Below are positions 19,454-28,400 of a stretch of 58,289 nt of DNA, one piece after another. The position numbers were made by a program, and so were the translations under genes. Numbering within the stretch: the stretch's first letter is position 1; each line of letters opens with the position of its first letter. A model generated the notes under the pieces. The model saw only the letters and a list, made by a program, of their open reading frames with translations. It was not told the DNA's origin and searched no databases. The DNA is from Rhizaria sp. SCN 62-66 (taxonomy: Eukaryota): positions 62,001 through 120,289 of the forward strand of contig MEDY01000043.1 of NCBI GenBank assembly GCA_001724265.1, read 5' to 3'.

Positions 19454-22400
19454 ATGAGCCGTCAGCCCAACAGTTCGAGCTCCCGCAGCGGCACCTCAGC
19501 CGCAGCGTCGGGCCAGGCCCGTCCATCGACTGCCCGGCGCTCGTTCTCCCCATCGGCGTCCACCGCGGCCATCTCGCGTCCCACGACCGCCGGCGCTGCG
19601 CGTCGCACGCCTCCCTCCGCGCAGGCCGCGCCACCCTCCGCTGGCTCCCGCGCAAGTTCAGCGTCCCGCTCGGCCTCGCGCCCTGCCGCCGGCGCCGCGC
19701 CCGAGCCCGCTATGCGCCCGCAAACCCTTTTCACAGCTACCACCGCGGCGGCAGCCAACAAGCCCGGAGCTGCTTCAGGCGCGCGCTACTCCTGGCGCGC
19801 CCCCGCAGCCGCCGCCTCAAACACTGCGCTCGCTGCTCCCTCGGCTGACGCGTCCGCCGCGGCGCTCAACGCGGACGTGCGGCGTGCGCTTTCAGTTGCC
19901 GGCAGCGGACCCATCGCGACCTACGCGGCCGCGCTTAACGCCTACGAAGGCGTAAGCCCCAGCGCTTCGGCTGTGACTTCGGCGTCAGCGCCGCGGTACG
20001 GGCCTGACGCGCTGTCTCCGGCCGCTGCAGCAGCCGCCGCGCGCCTCTCCCCCGCGGCCGCTGCTTCCTCGTCGTCATCTTCATCATCAGCGTCCCCGTC
20101 AGTGTCAGCGTCAGCGTCTGCGGCGGCTGCGGCTGCCGCGGCCGTGCTGCGTTCCTCGGGCGTCTCCGGCCCCGCCGCGCGCGCCGTCGTCGCGGACCTC
20201 GTCCACAGCGCGTACGGCGGCGACCCGCACCGCGCTGCGATGGCGCTCGCCGTCGCCACTCTTCAGCAGGAACAGGTCCAACAAGCCCAGGCCCAGCAGC
20301 AGCAGCAGCAGTACGCTCAGTCCGCCGCCCAGTCCGAGTCCGTGCCGTCTCTGACCGAGGCTGTTTCTCTGCGCCGCGGCGTTGCGCCAGCGCTTGCGGG
20401 CACATTGTCGACCAACGCGCTCACGCTCGGTCCTCAGCGCCCGCACCTGGGCCAGGGCCTCGCGCCGCGCGACTCGCGCCGCCCAGCAGATGCGCGGTCA
20501 CCGGCCGACGCCGCGGCCGCGGGCGGGGGCTACGCGCGGTCTCTGCGCTCCCCAACCACCGCCGCCGCTGCTGCTGGCGCAGGCGCCGCGCCAACGTCTT
20601 TCGGCGCACCGCTGCAGCACGTGCGCTCGCCAAGCCAGGGCCATGGTGTGTACGGTGGTGATGATGCTGCTGACGCGCTGTCGTCGTCAGTGGCGACCGA
20701 GTTCGACCGGTACCGCCACGCGGGGCCCTCGCGCGCGGCCGCCGCGACCTCGGCCTCGGTCACTGCCGCCGTCGCCGCGCTCGACGAATATGACACCGGC
20801 CGCGCGCTCCGCCGCAGCGCGTTCGACGCCAACGCCGCCGGTACTCATGGGGCACGCGGCGGTACTCACGGTCACGGAACGCATAGCGGCTTAGGCGCGG
20901 GTCCGACCCCCGGCAGCCCGCTGTGGCGCGCGCACTCGCTCATGGCTGCAATGCCGACCGACGACCTGCTCCGCGTCGCGCGCGCCGGCGAGCGCGCCGC
21001 CGCCGCCGCCGCCGCCCGCAGCGACGTCGCGGCCCACAGCGGTCACAGCGACGACGCGCCTGACGTGGGCTCCTCGCCGACCGGTGGCCGTCCCACGGCG
21101 ATGCGGCGCGCCATTGACCGCTACCACGCGCTCTCGGCCGGCGCGCGCGGCTCCGAAGCGCTGAGTCCGCCCCGCGCGCCCGCGAACCCGGCGACTGCGG
21201 CGGCGCACGGGCCTGCGCCCGAGGCCGTGCGGTCCCTCGCGCGCGCGCTGGTGCGGGCGGAGCGCGGCGCGATGGCCGTGGAGCAAAGCGCCGCCGACCG
21301 CGCGCTGGCGGCCGCGCTCAACGCGGACCCGGCGCTGTTGGCCGCCGCTATGGACGCAGTCGGCGCGGTCGCTGAGGGCGAGTCGGTGCTCGAGCGCGCG
21401 CACAACGCAGACGGAAGCCACCGCGCGAAGGGCAAGGCTGCGCGCGCGGCGGGCGCTGCGGCTGCCGAGGCTGCGGCCGTCGCGGCGGGCCAGGCGCCCC
21501 CGCGCCGCGCCGGGTACCTCTCTTCGCTCACATCCCCTGCCGCGGCGGACAGCCCGGCGCCCGGCGACGCGCTGCTGCCGCCCGCGCTGGCCGCGGACCT
21601 GGTCGCGCGTGCGGAGGCGTACGGGCTCCCGCCGGACGCGCTGGCCGCCGTGGCCGCCGCCGCCGCCGCGGGTACCGTACCAGCGCTTGAGAGCTTCGCG
21701 CTCGGCTACGTCGCGCGCCGCGGTGCCTCTGCAGCTCAGGGTGCCGCCACTGCGGCCGCGCCGGCCTCCGCTGGTGCGTCGGGACAGAGCGGCAAGTCCG
21801 CGGCGGCGCAGATGGCGCAGCAGCTCTTCGCCAAGGGCGGACGCTACACCGTCCGCCCACTGGCGCCCGTGCCCGCTGTAGACCCCGTGGGCGCCGCCAT
21901 CGAGGCCGGCCGCGCCGCTGCAACCGCGGAAGGCGCGCGCGTGCGCAGGCAGCTCTACAGCCCCGAACAAGACGGCCGCCAGTCCGCTTCGACAGCCGCT
22001 GCTGTCACAGGGCGCTCGCCGCTGGCTGATGGGCGCGGTCGGCAGCGGTTCGTCGTGCAGCGCCCGCCGCAGTCGCCGTTCCGTCCCGAAACCGCTGAGG
22101 ACTCGCGCTCACGGTCGCGCTCACAGTCACAATCACGTTCGCGGTCGCAGTCGCGCACTCGGCCACGCAACGCCGCCGCGCCGCTGGGGTTCGGCGCGCC
22201 CACGGTCACCGCCTCGCGCACTGTCACTGCGACTGGACAACAACAGCAGCAGCGGCCTGCGTCTGCCTCTGCCGCGCCCGCGTCGCGCCGCGCTGGCCCC
22301 GCCAAGCCCATGCTCGACACCGCGCTCTCCGCAGTTCGCGCCGCCGCCGCCGCCGCCCACGCCGGCGCGCGCAAGCCCGTACGCGCGCCCACTGGTATTG

Positions 22401-25400
22401 TCGAGCACGACTACGCCGCCGACGGCTTTGACGACGACGGCGGCCACGCTGCGGCGAGCATGACGGGGCTCTCTGCGGCGCGCGCAGACCGCTTGCGCGA
22501 GCGTGCTGCAGCGGCCGCGGTGCTGCGTGCGAACCCGCAGGCGCGCGCGCAGGCCGACGAACGCCGCGCGAAGGCCGAGGACGACGCACGCGCGCGCGCG
22601 CTCGCGGCGAGCAAGAAAGCTGCCGTCCCACGCCTCGGCACTGGCACCACATCCGCCCCCGCGCAACAGCAGCAACAGCAGCAACAGCAGCAACAGCAGC
22701 AGCAGCAGCGCGGCCGCGGCCGTACGGCGGCCGCTGCTGCCGCTGCGGCAGCGGAACAACCTGCAGCAGCAGCGGCGGGGATCGACTACGGCGGCGCCGC
22801 GCCCCCGCAAGCGCACGCGACGGTGCAGGAGCACATGGCGGCGCGGCGCGCGAGCGAGCGTGCGGCGCAGCACCGCCAGCGCGCCGCGGCGGCCGCGGAG
22901 GCCGCGCGCCACGAGCAGCGCCTCGCCGCGCTCGACGCCACCGCGCGCCGCAACGCCAGCGCCTCGGCCGCCGCGGCGCGCGCCAGCAGCGGCAGCCGCG
23001 CCCGCGGGGGCGGCCGCGCCCAGCAGCCCGCGCAGCAGGCGCACGACGCGGTCTACTGCGACGAGCCCGACACGAAGACGGCGCTGTTGTCGGTGCTGCG
23101 CGCACAGACGGCGCGCATGGAGGGCGTCGCGGCCGCCACGCGCGCGGCGCAGTCTCAGGGCGCCGGCCGGCCCGCGACCGGCCGCGGCGCCAGCGCAGGC
23201 GCCATCCGTCCCATGGCCTCGGGCGCGGCGCCTCTCTCGCGCACCCACCTGCCGCTTCCCGCTGGCCAGGGCCAGGGTCAGAGCCAGGGGTTTATGACCT
23301 CTACGGCTGCAGCAGCGATGGCGGCCGAGTCCGCCGCCGCGGCTCGCGCGGTCCGCGACGCGCGGGTGGCGGCTGTGGTGCAGCAGCAGAAGCAGGAGCG
23401 GCAGCGGCGCTTCGCCAAGGCAGCGCGCCTGCTGCAGCAAAATGTGGCGCCCGCCGAAGACGAGCCCGCCGCCGCGCCCCTCTCGCAGGGCCGCGCCGTG
23501 GCCTCGGACGGCGCCGGCCGGCTGCGCGTCGCGCTGCTGCCCGAGCATGAGGGCGACGACGATGCTGACGCCGCCGCCGCGGCTGCGCGCCCCCGTAGTG
23601 TGCTCGACCGCCGGCCCTCGGGCGCCGTGCTGCCCCGCGCGCGCCGCGGCGGACGCGCACTCGCGGACGCCTACGCGCGCGCGCTCGCGGCTGACAGCAA
23701 CGCCGCGGACGCGGAGGACGACGACGCAGGTAGTGAGGCCGAGGAAGGCGACGCGCTGATCCTCGCGCAGACACTCGCGCTGCAGTCGATGTCGCCCAAG
23801 CGCACTGTGGTCCGCAACCGCGACTCCCCGGCCCGCGCCCCCACCTTCACATCCCTCGAGACCGAGGCCGAGTCTAAGGCCGTTGATGCGATGGTGGATG
23901 AGGACGAGCAGCCGCATTCGGCGCCCGCGACGACTGTGCGCCGCCCGGCCCCCGCGGCGCGCGGCGCTGCGGTCACGTCATCCGGCGGCACTGTGCGCGC
24001 GCGGCTTGACTTCGACTCCCCCGCCAGCCCGCCCACCACAGTGGCCGGCGCGTGGGCTCTGCGCGCTGGGTCAGACCCGCTCGCCGCGGCGCCCGCGCCC
24101 GACTCGCCATCCGCGGCCGCGCTGGCTGAGGCGCTGGCAGCCGTGGACCGCGCGTTCGGACTCGCAGACGCCACGCGCCTCACGGCCCCGCTCGCGCCGG
24201 AGCTTGCGGCCGTCGCGCGCCCCCGCTACGCTGTCGCTGCGTACGGCCACAGCCACGGCCACGGTTTCGGTTACGACCAAAAGCCGCACCACGCCGCCGA
24301 GGACGAGTACTACAACGACGATGTCAGTGAGCTTGCGCCGCCCGAGCCGCACGTCGCCGCGGTCACCCGCGGCCCGCGCTCCCTTGCGCACGCCTCCGCG
24401 TGGGGCGCACCCGTTACCGGCGAGGACGACGACGAGAACGCCGACGGCGATGACGACAACGGCGGCCACGTGTACTGGAAGCCGTCGCGGCGCTCTCTCG
24501 ACGCCGCGCTTGGCCCCGCGCGCGCGGCCGACGACGAAGACGATGAGGAGGACGCTGAGGCCGACGCTGACGCCGCTGCCGCCGTCGCCGCCGCCGCCGC
24601 GTCAGGCAGCCACGCAAAGCCCTCCCTGGCGGATATTCTGGCCGCGCCTCGCCTGCACCGCGACGAACACTACACCGCTCACGATGACGACGATGCTGAC
24701 GCTGACGACAATGACGACGAGCGCTACGATGGCGAGGAGTACCCGGCCGAGCTGCCGCACGCGGAGCTCCACGCGGCGCCCGGCGCGGCGTTGCTGCCGA
24801 TGGTGCCCGCCGAGGAAGAGCACGCGTTTACGGCGTCGCAGCTTCCCGCGGGGCTCGCCGGCGCCGATTCCGGCCCCTCTGACGCCCCCGCGCCGTGGAA
24901 CGCGCTGCAAGCGCTCACGCAGGACATGCTCGCACGCCAGCACGCCGCCGCGCGCGCCGTGGAGGCAGCGCAGGACGCGGCCCGCCGCGAGCGAACCGCC
25001 GAGCTGCGCGCCGCCGCGGAGGCGCTGGCCGAGGCCGAGGCGCGGGAAGACCGTGAGCAGCGCGCCGAGAGCAAGCGCCGCGCCGACGCCGCTGCGGCCG
25101 CCGAGGCTGAGGCGGGGATGCCCGTGCCCGCGCCTCTGCTGCCTGAGGGCGGCGATGACGACGCTGTGGGCGAGGACGAGGTAGTGCTTGAAGATGGCGA
25201 GGCGATGGAAGGCGATTACGAGGGCGACGAGGCTGAGGACGCCGCTATGGCCGCCGCTGTTGCTGCGCTCGACGCCGCTTCCGCACTCGCCAACGCCGTC
25301 ATCACCCCCGCGAAGCCGTCCGCTGCCTCCGGCGCGGCTGCCTCTGACGAGGAGCCTGGTCCTGTGGCGATCGCAGCAGCGCAACTGGCCGCGCGCATGA

Positions 25401-28400
25401 CGCGCGAACTGTCGCTGATGACCAAGCTCGACGAGCACGCCGCCGCCGCCTCCGCCGCGGCGTACGCGGCGTCGCTGGCCGAGCTCGCCCGCAACCACGC
25501 CGCCGATCAGGCCGCCGAGCGTGAGCGCGCCGAGGCCGCCGCGCGCGCCGTGGCCGAAGCCGCCGCCGAAGAGGCCGCCGAGGCTGAACATGCGTTCCTG
25601 GCCAAGTTGCACGAGGAGACCGCCGCGGCCAACGTGCGCGCGCAGCAGCTTGCCGTGGACGCCGCCGTCGCCGCCGCGACGCGCGACCTGGCGCAGCGCG
25701 TGGCCGAAGTCGAGGACTTGCGCCGCGCGCTTGAAGACCAGCGCGCGCTCGCTGCCGACGCCGCGCTCGCCGCTGCTCGCGCCGAAGCCGCCGCGACCAA
25801 GGAGCAGGCTGCGGCCGTGAAGGAGGAGCTCGTCGCGGCACGCGAGGAGACCGCGGCCGCCAAGGACGCCGGCGTGCACGATGAAGCCGCGCGCCTCCTG
25901 CGCGAGCGCCTGGTGGTTGCCGCTGAGGAAACGGCCGCGATGCAGGGCGCAGTCAAGGAGCAGCTGGAGGCGATGCGCGCGGCGCTCGCGGCCGGGCTGG
26001 CGCAGCTGGAGACGATGGACCAGCACGGCCGCGAGCGCGCCGAGGCCGAGCACGCGCACGCCGCGCGGCAGCTCAAGGCGATGGAGCAGAACTTCGCGCA
26101 TTTGGGCAAGCTCGCCGCGCAGTCGAACGACATCTTGCACGGCGTTAGCGCCACCATGCACAAGCAGAGCAGCATCATGCCCATCGTGCTCGCGCCCCCG
26201 CAGCCGCGCGGACAGCCCGCGATCGGCGCTTCGCCGCGCGCCCCTGCGCTCGCCGCTGCTGCGGCTGCGGCTGCTGAGGATGATTACGAGGACGACTTTG
26301 AGACCTCGTTCACTCCGCGCAGCAGCCGGACCGGGTCCGCCACTACGCGCGCCGCCGCTGTACCTGCCGCCACCGCTGCGGCTGCGTCTGCGAGCGAGAG
26401 CACCGAGATCGAGGTCGAAATCTCCACCACCACCACTGGGCCCACTGGTGGCGCGGCTGCGACGGGCGTCAACGCGACGTACGCTGACGACTTTGCCGCC
26501 GACACCGACGAGGCGCACTACACCGCGGACTTCACCAACGCCACGGCCGCGACCTTCGGCGCCTCCGGTGTGCTGCCCGCACTCGCCCCTGCCTCTGCCG
26601 TGGCCGTGGCCGCGCCCGCTGGCGACAGCTCGATTGAGATCGACCTCAACGTCACCGGTCCCGCCGCAGCCTCCGTGTCGCCCCACGCGGCCGCGAGCGC
26701 GAATGCGCTGAGCGTGCCCTCGATGGTTGACGACGGCATCGCGACCGCGCTTGACGTCACAGCCGCTGGTGTCGCACCCACGAACCTCGGCGCCGACGCC
26801 CACTCCGACTCTGTGTCCGTCTCCATCGGCGGAGCCACCGCGCTCAACACCACCGGCCCCGCCGCCGCCGCCGTCATTGGCGCCGATGCCGGCAAGGGCG
26901 ACGAGTCTAGCGCGGTTGACATCGACGCCGGCGATGACGACGAGGACGCCGCTGCGGGCGCGTTCGCCATGTACCGCGCGCCCGCCGCTGCCGACGCCGA
27001 GATCGAGGACCTCTCGGTCTCGCTTGCGCACCAGTCGACGGACGCCGACGCCGCTGACGAGGCCATGCGCTCGCCGGTCATCCGCATCGACCACGCGGGG
27101 CCCGCCCAGGAGCACGTCAAGGACGACGTGCCCGCGGCTGCCATCACGGGCGCCGCTGAGGGCGCGCACACTGAGGCCGGTGACAGCTACTCGCTGGCAT
27201 TCGACCCCAGCGTGCTCACTGCGCGCGAGCCCGCGGCCGCGGCAGCCGGTGCACTGGCGCCGACGACTGAGGTCCCCGAGACTGCGGCCGAGGCCGGCGA
27301 GGACGAGTACACGTTCATGTTCGTGCCCGACGCCGAGGGCATCGTCAGCGCGCGCGGCACCGGGCTTGTCACTGCGTCCGCCCCCAAGGGCCCTGTCGAG
27401 GCCGATGCCGAGGACGACTACTATGGCGCGCCCGGTGCCACTGAGGTCGGCGACGATGCTGAGCACGTCAAGCCTGTCGCTGGCAAGGGCACGCTCGCTC
27501 TCCGTAGTGCCGCGGCTGGCAATGGCGCGGCGACTGAGACCGAGTACACTGCGCTGTTTGACACGTTCGACGCAACTGCGGGCGCAAAGCCCGCCGCGGG
27601 CGACGAGACTGCGCTGTACGCGGCTGACTTCGAGGCCGCTGAGAGCAACGCCAACGCCATAGCGCAGCCCGACGCCGCGCTCGACGAGTACGCCCCCGAC
27701 AGCGCGCGCGACGCCAGTGTGCGCGCGCCCGCCGCTGCCGCCGACGCTGCCGCCGTTGCGCCTGCTGCCGATGACATTAATGTTGAAGTTGAGGTCACTG
27801 ACGGCGGCGCTGCGCATAACGAGGAGTACGACGAATTCTACGCCCCCGAGTCCGAGCAGACCTCTGCGCACGCAGCAGAGCCCGACGTCGCACCCGCCGC
27901 GAAGCCCGCGCTCGCGAACGACGACACGTACGCCGCCGACACCTTTGCGGACGCGTCTATCGCGCACGCGTACCGGGGCGTTGCAGCGCTGGCGCCGCCG
28001 CCTGCGACCCCTGCTGCGGTCAAGCCCGACGACACGTACGCCGACGCGACCTTCTTCGCCGACACCTCAGTCGCACCCGCCTTCCAGAAGCCCGCCCCGG
28101 CCGCTGGCGGTGCCGCCGCCGACGCGATGGATTCTGGCGTGTTCAACGACAGCATCCCCGTCGCGCTTGCCGGCGCTTCGGCCGACGATGAGCTGGACCA
28201 GTACGCCGCAGACGCCTTCGACGCCACTGCGCGCGAGCCCGCCGGCGCGTCCGCCACTGCTGCTATCGATGGCGAGGACGACACGTACGCTGCTGATTTC
28301 CACGCCTCGACGACTGCGGGCGCGCTGCCGAAGCCCGCTGCTGTGGGCGCGGTGACGGCGTCATCGGAGGACACCTACGGCGACGCGACCTTCGTGGTCG